64,000 nucleotides of DNA from Promethearchaeota archaeon (GTDB taxonomy: Archaea > Asgardarchaeota > Lokiarchaeia > Sigyniarchaeales > SOKP01), in the NCBI GenBank assembly GCA_029838195.1, contig JALGVJ010000005.1, forward strand, positions 1-64,000, read 5' to 3'. Both the position numbers and the translations under genes were made by a program. Shown piece after piece: positions 50,697 to 59,288 of this stretch (the stretch's first letter is position 1; the number at the start of each line of letters is the position of its first letter). Below the pieces are notes generated by a model. That model was not told the DNA's origin. It saw only the letters and a program-made list of their open reading frames with translations, and did not search any database.

Positions 50697-51368
50697 ATGA
50701 CGATTTTAAAAACCCAAGTTTTTGGCCGGTCTTTAATCGGTATTTATTTAATTGCGAATAATTCTTTTATTTTATATCCTCCAAATCTCTTAAAATCTAA
50801 ATTAGAAGAATTTAAAAGCATTTTTAACATTCCATTTTATCCCCAATCAATAAATAACTCGAATTTGATTGGAGTATATGCGGTTTCGAATAAATATGGA
50901 ATCATTGTTCCGAGTATCATTCGAGAAGATGAATTAGAAAGCCTGAAATCAAATTTGGGGGAGGCATATCAAATCGGGGTCCTCCATTCTATTGATAATA
51001 CTTTTGGAAATTTGATTTTATGTAATGATAAAGGGGCGATTATTAGTTCTCTTTTAAAGGATTTTCGGAAGGAAATTTCTGATGTCTTAAATGTTGAAAC
51101 GGAAGTATACGAATTTGCGGGATTTTATTTACCCGGGTCAATTTCCATTTCTAATAACAAAGGATGCTTGGTCCACCCTCTTACTACAGAGGAAGAAATT
51201 GAACATATCACGTCGATATTAAAAGTGGAAGAAACAGATGTATCAACCATTAATCGGGGTATTCCATTTCTTCGTTCGGGTGCAATAATTAACGATTCTT
51301 GTGGTATTTTTGGTATTAATAGTACGGGGCCCGAACTCATGAGGCTAACCAGCGTATTACGAATTTAA
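50697..51368 (+). CDS. eif6: Translation initiation factor 6 (aIF6)
   Basis: IG.Y, S.LIG...N.YG, GN.ILCND.G, HP, TINRG.PF..SG, TG.EL. Confidence 0.93.
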   Translation: MTILKTQVFGRSLIGIYLIANNSFILYPPNLLKSKLEEFKSIFNIPFYPQSINNSNLIGVYAVSNKYGIIVPSIIREDELESLKSNLGEAYQIGVLHSIDNTFGNLILCNDKGAIISSLLKDFRKEISDVLNVETEVYEFAGFYLPGSISISNNKGCLVHPLTTEEEIEHITSILKVEETDVSTINRGIPFLRSGAIINDSCGIFGINSTGPELMRLTSVLRI

Positions 51369-51521
51369 AGAAGTTCTTGTTCAAATTTGAATTTTTTGTT
51401 TAAAATAGAAAAACTTATAATTTTTTTCATATTTACCATTTCAAGTGAGTAATTTTTCTATAATTATTATTTCATGGCAGTTTCGATGGTTGAATCAAAA
51501 TAGAAATAAAGGACATTAAAC

Positions 51522-51752
51522 ATGTCAGAGATAAAAATTTTTCGCGTGATGGGAACGTATGTAAAAAATCGTAAAAAATATTTATTTAGAAAAGAAGTTA
51601 GAGCATTGAAAGAGAAAGATGCCGTTGAAAAGGTTCTCTGTGAGATCACGAGCATCGGGTTGCTCAGGCGGCAAGTAAAAATAGAAGAAATCAAAGAAAT
51701 TGAGCCCCATAAAGCTGAAAATTATCTCATTCGGGAATTGTCTTCCCAATAA
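51522..51752 (+). CDS. 50S ribosomal protein eL20 (LX/L18a)
   Basis: KIFRV.G......F.KEVRA....A.EKV......S....R.Q.KI.EI; position between aIF6 and prefoldin. Confidence 0.9.
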   Translation: MSEIKIFRVMGTYVKNRKKYLFRKEVRALKEKDAVEKVLCEITSIGLLRRQVKIEEIKEIEPHKAENYLIRELSSQ

Positions 51753-51763
51753 AGTAAAAGAAG

Positions 51764-52204
51764 GTGTTATTCTTGGAAAATAATTTTAATTTGGACCAAA
51801 GACAGCAGCAACAACAATATCTTTCGCAATTTCAATACTTGAAGGAGCAGAGAGATGTATTTGAGAATCAATTAGAACTCGTTCAAACCTCTCTATCCAA
51901 TATCATTAATACGAAGAATACGATAGAAAATATGAAAACAATTGATTTGGATGAAGAAATTCTAGTTCCCTTAGGCGGAATGATTAATATCAAGGCACAA
52001 ATTAAAGATATCGAAAAAGTTTTGGTTTATATTAGTAGGGATGTGGTAATAGAAAAAACTTTAGATGATACCATTCAATTCCTCGAAAAATTAATTAGTC
52101 AACATGAAGAGCAAATAAAATTTTTATCAGAGCGCATTCAGCAAGTCGATATTTCGCTTCAAAATATATCGCAAAATCTTCAAAGAATTTTACAACAACA
52201 ATAA
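51764..52204 (+). CDS. pfdA: Prefoldin alpha subunit
   Basis: Coiled coils flanking EILVPLGG...KVLV.I...V.IEK. Confidence 0.92.
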   Translation: MLFLENNFNLDQRQQQQQYLSQFQYLKEQRDVFENQLELVQTSLSNIINTKNTIENMKTIDLDEEILVPLGGMINIKAQIKDIEKVLVYISRDVVIEKTLDDTIQFLEKLISQHEEQIKFLSERIQQVDISLQNISQNLQRILQQQ

Positions 52205-52243
52205 TCTGCGTGTTAAAAATATTTAATTCTTTTTCTAATAACT

Positions 52244-53140
52244 ATGTTTGGAAAATTAAATAAAGTTTTTTCTAAATTCGTAAATAGAACATTAACAGAA
52301 CAATCCCTCGATGATGCTATTAAAGATTTACGAATACTTCTCTATGCGAATGATGTGGCAGTTAATACTGCAGATGCCATCTGCAATAACATTATTAAGT
52401 CTTTAGAAGGGATAGAAATTGGTCGATTAAGTTCAATTAAAAAAAGGTTATTGGACGCCTTAAGGGAAGCCATTGCCGATATACTCACGCCTGAAAAAGA
52501 AATTGATTTAATTCAGGAGATTAAAAAAAGTAAAGAACAAAAAAAACCCTATGTAATTCTTTTCGTGGGCGTGAATGGCACGGGAAAATCAACCACCATG
52601 GCAAAAATAGCCCATATGTTAAAAAAACAAGGCTTTACTGTAGTGGCTGCTGCCTCGGACACATTTAGAGCAGGCGCCATCGAACAATTGAGTTATCACA
52701 TGGATAACGTGGGAGTTCGGGTAATCAAGCATCAATACAAATCGGATCCCGCCTCAGTAGCTTATGATGCCATTGAGCACGCAAGAGCTAAGAATATAGA
52801 TGTTGTACTAATCGATACAGCAGGTAGACAAGTTACGGATAAAAATTTAATGAGAGAAATCCAAAAAATCAGTGAAATTTCTTCACCAGATTTAAAGATA
52901 TTTGTAGGAGACAGTTTAACTGGTAATGATGCTTTGTATCAAACAAAAGAATTTAATAAATACGTGGGAATTGATGCGGCAATTTTAACAAAATTAGATG
53001 CAGATGCGAAGGGAGGAGCTGCTCTTTCCATTGCTCATGAAACCGGTAAACCCATCATTTATGTAGGAGTGGGACAAAAATATGATGATTTAGAGAAATT
53101 TGATCCTTCTCTTTTGATTTCCAAGATTTTAGAAGAATAG
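52244..53140 (+). CDS. ftsY: SRP receptor FtsY (NG domain only)
   Basis: GVNGTGKST, DTFRAGA.EQL, DTAGR, TKLD.DAKGG, GVGQ.YDDL. Confidence 0.96.
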   Translation: MFGKLNKVFSKFVNRTLTEQSLDDAIKDLRILLYANDVAVNTADAICNNIIKSLEGIEIGRLSSIKKRLLDALREAIADILTPEKEIDLIQEIKKSKEQKKPYVILFVGVNGTGKSTTMAKIAHMLKKQGFTVVAAASDTFRAGAIEQLSYHMDNVGVRVIKHQYKSDPASVAYDAIEHARAKNIDVVLIDTAGRQVTDKNLMREIQKISEISSPDLKIFVGDSLTGNDALYQTKEFNKYVGIDAAILTKLDADAKGGAALSIAHETGKPIIYVGVGQKYDDLEKFDPSLLISKILEE

Positions 53141-53177
53141 TTAAATTTTTTTAATCTCGAAATTTTAGGTTAGTGAC

Positions 53178-53417
53178 ATGTCATATCCGAAGTATGAGAA
53201 ACTACGGAAGAGTAAACAGAAAAAGGACGAGGGATATTATGATAGATTCATAAACTTCCTTAAAAGTTCAAGAAGAGTACTCAAGATAGCAAATAAACCA
53301 AATAGAAAAGAGTATTTTCTTGTATTTAAAATTTGTGCGATTGGAATCGTGATCTTAGGTGCTTTATCCTATATAATCCAACTAATCTTTTCAGTAGCTC
53401 TTCCAATCGGAAAATGA
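53178..53417 (+). CDS. secE: SecE/Sec61-gamma
   Basis: RVLK.A.KP.RKEY followed by a C-terminal TM. Confidence 0.92.
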   Translation: MSYPKYEKLRKSKQKKDEGYYDRFINFLKSSRRVLKIANKPNRKEYFLVFKICAIGIVILGALSYIIQLIFSVALPIGK

Positions 53418-53480
53418 ATTATTGTATTTCGAATGTCTTTTTTATGTGATTAGCAGTTAAATTCCCCTTTTTCCTTTACC

Positions 53481-53903
53481 ATGAAAGTGTTTATTGATTA
53501 TAAAGAAAATCTCCACTTTATCGCTTCCACGAGAACATTTAAAATGGAATTAGATGAGCCCAAATCATTCCATGGTACCAATTTAGGACCTAGCGCAATG
53601 GAATATTTGTTAATTTCAATAGGAGGATGTTTAGGCACGTCTTTTGTTTATTGTCTCCAAAAAAAGAAGGTGAAAATAGAAGATTTATCCTTAGAAATTG
53701 AGGGAATCATGAAACACTCGGGTGAAAACAAGCTTCTTCGATTGATTCAAGTTAATGTGGATATTCAATATAAAATTAACGAAAAATATTCTCAGAAATT
53801 AGAGGCTTGCTTGAAGGCTTTTCAAGAATATTGCGTGGTAACGAATTCAATAATTTATAATTTTCCAATTTTGGTAAATTATATAGATAGAAAAAATAAA
53901 TGA
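53481..53903 (+). CDS. OsmC family protein
   Basis: DEP...G...GP...EYLL...GGC...EYCVVTNS. Confidence 0.9.
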   Translation: MKVFIDYKENLHFIASTRTFKMELDEPKSFHGTNLGPSAMEYLLISIGGCLGTSFVYCLQKKKVKIEDLSLEIEGIMKHSGENKLLRLIQVNVDIQYKINEKYSQKLEACLKAFQEYCVVTNSIIYNFPILVNYIDRKNK

Positions 53904-53924
53904 ATCTTAATAGGAAAATTTGGA

Positions 53925-55143
53925 TTAAAAAAAGTAAATAGAAATGCTATTTGGAACAAATAAATCTTCCTCCTTATTCCTACAAGCAATAAAAGATATG
54001 CCCATTCGAATGAGAACAGTGAGTAGCCTGTTGCTTAAAATTCCATTGATTATTAACACTTTTAAATTCGAATGATCTTCTATTTTTTCATAGAGTTCAG
54101 ACACGGGTAATTCAAAGAGTTTCTCTCCACTACCATTAAAACCTACTGCTAATCCATCTTGAATATTTCGAATGGTGTTAATTATCTCTTCTTCATTTTT
54201 TAGTTTAACTTTCGACAATTTTTTATGCAAGATGTCGTCCTTGCTTTTGCCTTTTTTTAGCTCTCGATGTTCTAATTCTAGACTTTTCACGGGTTTTTTA
54301 TTCTGTAGTGCCTTGATCATCTGTTTACGGGTGAGTTCTTCGACTTCGTATCCTTCAGGAGCCCTTGCTACATAATCTAACTTGGCAACTTGTTGAAGCT
54401 CGTTCAGAATGATGGTACCTCCTCTATCACCGTCCACGAATGCGATAACATTTTTTTTCTTTCTTGTTAAATCTGCGACTGATTTGGGAATATTAGTTCC
54501 TTGAACCGCAATAGTATTTTTCAGGCCGATTCTTAAAAGATTTAATACATCAGCACGGCCTTCCACGATTATTAATTCATCGCTCTTATCTACGTCGGGA
54601 CCTGCGGGTAATTTATCAGGACCCCATTCCGTGATTTCACCTAAATTAATATCTTTTTCTATTTTTTCTTCAATCTCACTAGTTTCTAAGGATTTTTCAT
54701 CCCATTCTTTCAGTAATTCTGCCGCTCTCTTAATGATTTTCTTGCGCTTGCTCTCTCTAACATCTTTAATTTCTTTTAATTTTATCTCTGCTTCACAAGG
54801 TCCAACGCGAGTTACCGTCTCAACGGTGGCGGCGAGAAGGGCAGTTTCTTTTCTCGTGAGGCTACTCGGAATGCGTATTTCTCCTTCCGTCATGCCTTCT
54901 TTTGTACCAAGCTCGACTTCTATTCGTCCAATTCGACCGGATTTTTGAAGATCCCGTAAGTCTAGATCCAAAAGAAGGCCTTCCGTTTAGCCGATAAGCC
55001 GAAAAGGCTTCTTATAATTATCTCTGGCCGAATATAGCCCCAACGATATCGCTCTTCTCCACAACCCCTTTTATTGAAAAATTAACGATAATAATATATT
55101 TAGTAGTAAAATCAATTTGATTATTGTTAGTAATCTTGATCAC
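53925..55143 (-). CDS. dnaG: Archaeal DnaG (TOPRIM, exosome-associated), two exons: 55143(or 55134)-55024 and 54986-53925
   Basis: Exon 1 reads ...TTKYIIIVNFSIKGVVEKSDIVGAIFGQ; exon 2 reads TEGLLLDLDLRDLQKSGRIGRIEV...VEGRADV...DGDRGG; the ORF track shows only part of exon 2. Confidence 0.92.
54987..55023 (-). other. Candidate 37-nt BHB-type intron in the dnaG mRNA
   Basis: TTC GGCC AG^A GATAA...TTATC GGCT AA^A CGGAA: 4-bp central helix GGCC/GGCT, two 3-nt bulges, intron helix GATAA/TTATC; excision restores FGQ-TEG. Confidence 0.85.
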
Positions 55144-55647
55144 TTCCTTAAGAATAATTTTTTCATAAAATTGAAAAAATAATAAAAAATATTGACAAAA
55201 TCTTTTTATTTATAATCTTTATTTGAATCTAATCTATTTTTTTAGTAATTTGGATCATATAATAATTATGATTCAAATCAATATCTGAGAATTTATTAAA
55301 GGTTAAATCTTTTATCTTCATTATTTATAAGAAGAGCCGTTTAATTTCTTTTTAAAAAAATAAAGTGATGAATAATTGATGTAAAATTATTTTACCCTCT
55401 TATACTACCTTTCATGAATTTCCCGAGGGTGAGTCCTTTAAATTAAGTTCTACCTTTATGAGATCATGAGGAGTTTTTAAAAAATTTTCCAAATTGTTGG
55501 AAAATTGGAAATTGTTTTATTTAATTTCAAATTTTTTTAAAGTATTAAAGATGGGATGAATGTTAAATCCCACATTAAAAATTAGAAATTAATTAAAAAT
55601 ATTTTAGTTGGAATTAATAAAAACGACTTAAAAATAAGGAGAATCAA

Positions 55648-56679
55648 ATGCTTAAGAAAATTATTGTACTAGGAGGGAAAGGTGGGGTGGGAAAATCAAC
55701 GATAAGTGCAGCTACGGCTGTTGTAATCTCTGATATGCTTCCTAATGAGAAAATCTTGTTGATTTCATTTGATATGGCACATAATTTAACAGATCTATTC
55801 GAAATTCCAATTGGAAATAAATTAACGAGAGTCATGGATAATTTATGGGTCATTGAACCCGATCCTGATGTCTATGCGGAAGAATATACTCGAGATTTTG
55901 CCGAAAAAATGCGAAATTTATTGAAAAAAATGCCTATCGTGGGATTAATTCCCCAAATCAAGACTTTCATAGACACCACATTTACCGCAGATTCCATTCC
56001 TTTAGCACTCAAAAATGCCATGTTCTTTCAAAAAATTTTAGATGCGGAAGATATTAATAAGCAAGGTTTAGATTTTGATTATATTGTGGCAGACTTTCCT
56101 CCAACAGGAAACATGATCGCCCTCTTTGATATACCCGAGGATACGGTAAAAGTAGTTCTGAAATATTCTTTAAATTTTTATAATTCAATTCGAAGTACCG
56201 TGAAAAATGTATCAAGATTCTTTAAAAAGGTGACAAGGCCATTTGAAACTCAAGAACAAAAAGAAGAGTTAGGAGATGAGATCTTGAAGATGTTAAATGA
56301 ATTAGAAGAGAGAGGTGAAAAAATATCTAAGTTAATTCATGATATCGGTTCATTAAGACTCGTCACAATTGCTGAAAAAGCCAGTTTTGAGGAGATCAAG
56401 CGGGCTCGAGAATTAACAAGTAAATATATAACGTTAGATGCCGTTCACATTAATATGATAACTCCAAAATCCGAAACATGCGAATTTTGTCAAAAAGTAA
56501 GAACCATCCAAATGAAATACATATCAGAAATCCAACAGGAATTTCATGATACCATGATATGGCAATCTCATAAACTCCAAGAAGAACCCGTAGGAATAGA
56601 GGGGTTAAGAAAATTCGCACGAGAAGTTTACAAGGATTTACGAGTAGAGAAGATTTTAAATCCAAATCAAGAAAGATGA
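55648..56679 (+). CDS. ArsA/Get3 (TRC40) family ATPase, single domain
   Basis: GKGGVGKST, D.AHNL.D, DFPPTG, C-terminal CEFC and EP.G...L. Confidence 0.9.
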   Translation: MLKKIIVLGGKGGVGKSTISAATAVVISDMLPNEKILLISFDMAHNLTDLFEIPIGNKLTRVMDNLWVIEPDPDVYAEEYTRDFAEKMRNLLKKMPIVGLIPQIKTFIDTTFTADSIPLALKNAMFFQKILDAEDINKQGLDFDYIVADFPPTGNMIALFDIPEDTVKVVLKYSLNFYNSIRSTVKNVSRFFKKVTRPFETQEQKEELGDEILKMLNELEERGEKISKLIHDIGSLRLVTIAEKASFEEIKRARELTSKYITLDAVHINMITPKSETCEFCQKVRTIQMKYISEIQQEFHDTMIWQSHKLQEEPVGIEGLRKFAREVYKDLRVEKILNPNQER

Positions 56680-56720
56680 GGAGGAAAATAGAGAAAAAAA
56701 ATTAAATTTTAAGGGGAATT

Positions 56721-58004
56721 TTAAGTTCCCTCTTCATATCCATGGATATAATTATATTGCTCTTCGGTTAACTCATCAATTTCGATGCCCATGGATTTTA
56801 GTTTTAAAAAGCCGACTTCATTGTCAATGTGTTCCGGAATTTTCATAATTCCTGGCTTTAATTTATCTTTATTTTTCATAATGTATTCTGAAATTAAAGA
56901 TTGTAAAGCAAAAGACATGTCCATAATTTCCGATGGATGCCCTTCCGCAAGCACCAGATTGGCTAATCTACCTTGTGCTAATAAATAAACCTTTCTACCA
57001 TCGGGAAAAGTTAATTCTTCCACGTCTTTTCTTAAGGGTTTAACTTCAATCGCATGCTCATATAAATCTTTACTGGGAATTTCCACATCAAAATGTCCTA
57101 AATTTCCCAAGATGACACCATCTTTAAGTAAGGGAAAATGCTCTTTAGTAAAAACGTTTTTACAGCCTGTTGCTGTAAATATTATATCTGCGTGAGGGAG
57201 AGCTTTTGCTATGGGCATGACATTATATCCGGCAAATTTAGCTTGTAAAGCCTTAATGGGATCTACCTCTGTCACGGTGACATTGGATCCTAATCCTCTT
57301 GCTCTCAATGCCATTCCTGAACTACAATGACCGTATCCCGCAATTAACACGTTTTTTCCTGCAAATAAAATATGCATTCCGATAAATGCTGCTAGAATTC
57401 CTTGTCCCGTTCCTAATTCATTGTCAAACTGATTTTTACAGCGCGCATCGTTTACAGGAAATAAAGGCACTTTTAGGGCGCCATGCTCTTCCATAGCCCT
57501 AAAACGTTTTACACCAGTGGTTGTTTCTTCTTGACAGCCAAAAATTTTACCCAATTCGATTAATTCCGGAAATTCTTTATGAGCCGTAACTATAAGATCA
57601 GCACCGTCATCAATTAAGATGTTTGGTTCTGCTTCCAAACATTTTCTTATACACCAATAAAATTCCTCAGAAGTATTTCCATGCCAAGCAAATACATTTA
57701 TTCCTTCTTTTACCAATGCGGCGGCTACATCGTCTTGAGTGGATAGTGGGTTGCTACCACAGAGATATACTTCCGCACCTCCGGCTTGCAAAGTTCTTAC
57801 TAAAATTCCAGTTTCTTTGGTAACATGAAGACATCCGGCAATTTTAATCCCTTCTAGCGGTTTTTCTTTTGAAAATCTTTCTCGTATGACTTTAGCAGTC
57901 ACGGGCATCTTGCTTTCTGCAATATAAAGAGCTTCTTTTCCCTTCTCTACAAGGGACTCATCCGCTATTTTATACGAAACCACTTTCAATCTTCCTTGAA
58001 ACAA
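56721..58004 (-). CDS. ahcY: Adenosylhomocysteinase
   Basis: CLHVTKET, SNPLSTQD, DDGAD, EETTTG, VND...K..FDN, GHFDVEI, GRL.NL...GHP. Confidence 0.96.
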   Translation of the reverse strand: MFQGRLKVVSYKIADESLVEKGKEALYIAESKMPVTAKVIRERFSKEKPLEGIKIAGCLHVTKETGILVRTLQAGGAEVYLCGSNPLSTQDDVAAALVKEGINVFAWHGNTSEEFYWCIRKCLEAEPNILIDDGADLIVTAHKEFPELIELGKIFGCQEETTTGVKRFRAMEEHGALKVPLFPVNDARCKNQFDNELGTGQGILAAFIGMHILFAGKNVLIAGYGHCSSGMALRARGLGSNVTVTEVDPIKALQAKFAGYNVMPIAKALPHADIIFTATGCKNVFTKEHFPLLKDGVILGNLGHFDVEIPSKDLYEHAIEVKPLRKDVEELTFPDGRKVYLLAQGRLANLVLAEGHPSEIMDMSFALQSLISEYIMKNKDKLKPGIMKIPEHIDNEVGFLKLKSMGIEIDELTEEQYNYIHGYEEGT

Positions 58005-58113
58005 TTAATTATATCTTTTAATTTTAATTAATATTTAAATGTAATTTTAAAAATTTGTATAATAATTGGAGGAAATATTGCACTAATAATTAGTTTCTAA
58101 AAGGGGATTATAA

Positions 58114-59076
58114 ATGAACCACTTAAATGCCAAACTTAATGTTCAAGAAATTATAAAAAAATTGACTCAATCTTCAAAACCTAATTTTACAAAGATCTCT
58201 AAAGAATTGAATATTTCGAGGAAAACATTTTTTAATTATTTTGATCGCTTGAAAGAAGAGGAGATAATAAATAATTTTACTATAAATGTTAATCCTAACG
58301 TTCTAAATCCCAATCTCAAATATGTAATAATGGAAATTAAAACGAATCCAAAAGAGCCTAAATTAATCGAACGATTCTTAAGCATCCCTCAATTAATAAT
58401 GTTAGATGGAATATTAGGAGAGTTCTCTCTTTTTGCGTTATTCATATTTAGAGATTCTTTTGAATTTAATGAAATATTAAAAGAATTGGATAAAATAATG
58501 GCAGAATCCTATTTTAAGAAATATCAAATAATCGAAACGATTAAAGTATTTAAAACCAACGGAATAGATATTTCTTCCTTGAATAAAATGGAAAAAGAAG
58601 CAATTGATGAAATAGATGAGGAAATTCTTAAAATTTTACGCCGTGAACAAAAAGGGACTTTAATTTCAACGTATGAGATTTCAAAATTATTAGCGAAGAA
58701 GAAAAATTTACGAATCTCTCAATCCACGATTTATAATCGCATTAAACTATTGGAAAAAAAAGGGATTATCTTAAATCATGCGATTAATTTTAATCCAAAA
58801 AAATTGGGATTTAAGGGAAAATATATCGTTCGAATTAAGCCGAAGGATCCTTCAGAATATGATAAATTAGCACTTAATTTAGTGAAAAAAAGAGAAATTA
58901 CAGATCTATTTCGAATTGGAGAACAATACGGACTTTTTGCAATCGTTCGTGTTAAGGAAATTGAAGATTATGGAAAATTCATAAAAAATTTGTATGAATC
59001 AGAAGAGATCGAAAATACATTTACCAATTTCGTATTAGATGAGAGGATTTCATGGACTAATTTTGTGCTATATTAA
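58114..59076 (+). CDS. Tandem (double) Lrp/AsnC regulator
   Basis: Two HTH+RAM units (ISKELNISRKT...L.EE.II; IDEIDEEILK...SQSTIYNRIKLLEKKGII). Confidence 0.88.
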   Translation: MNHLNAKLNVQEIIKKLTQSSKPNFTKISKELNISRKTFFNYFDRLKEEEIINNFTINVNPNVLNPNLKYVIMEIKTNPKEPKLIERFLSIPQLIMLDGILGEFSLFALFIFRDSFEFNEILKELDKIMAESYFKKYQIIETIKVFKTNGIDISSLNKMEKEAIDEIDEEILKILRREQKGTLISTYEISKLLAKKKNLRISQSTIYNRIKLLEKKGIILNHAINFNPKKLGFKGKYIVRIKPKDPSEYDKLALNLVKKREITDLFRIGEQYGLFAIVRVKEIEDYGKFIKNLYESEEIENTFTNFVLDERISWTNFVLY

Positions 59077-59288
59077 AAAGAAAAAAATTTCCGTTAAAGA
59101 GACAATAAATCATTCGGCGGTGCGCTTTATAAAAAATTTTTTTCCGTTTAAAATTGATTCATATAAATCATGATTAATTGGAATTTATCAATTTTTGGAT
59201 CTTTCTTAATGGGGCAAGGTTAATTTTAATCTAATTAAATTATTTATTTTAAACAGAAAAAACTTGAATTGAATTACATTTTTATACC

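Noticed and set aside
53925-54971. dnaG as an N-terminally truncated gene or frameshifted pseudogene
   Set aside because: The missing N-terminus is intact 37 nt upstream and the insert has BHB geometry at the exact junctions; a ribosomal frameshift would not remove the inserted stop codon
55484-55505. TTTTCCAA-ATTG-TTGGAAAA palindrome between dnaG and the ArsA/Get3 gene
   Set aside because: Single occurrence; function cannot be supported
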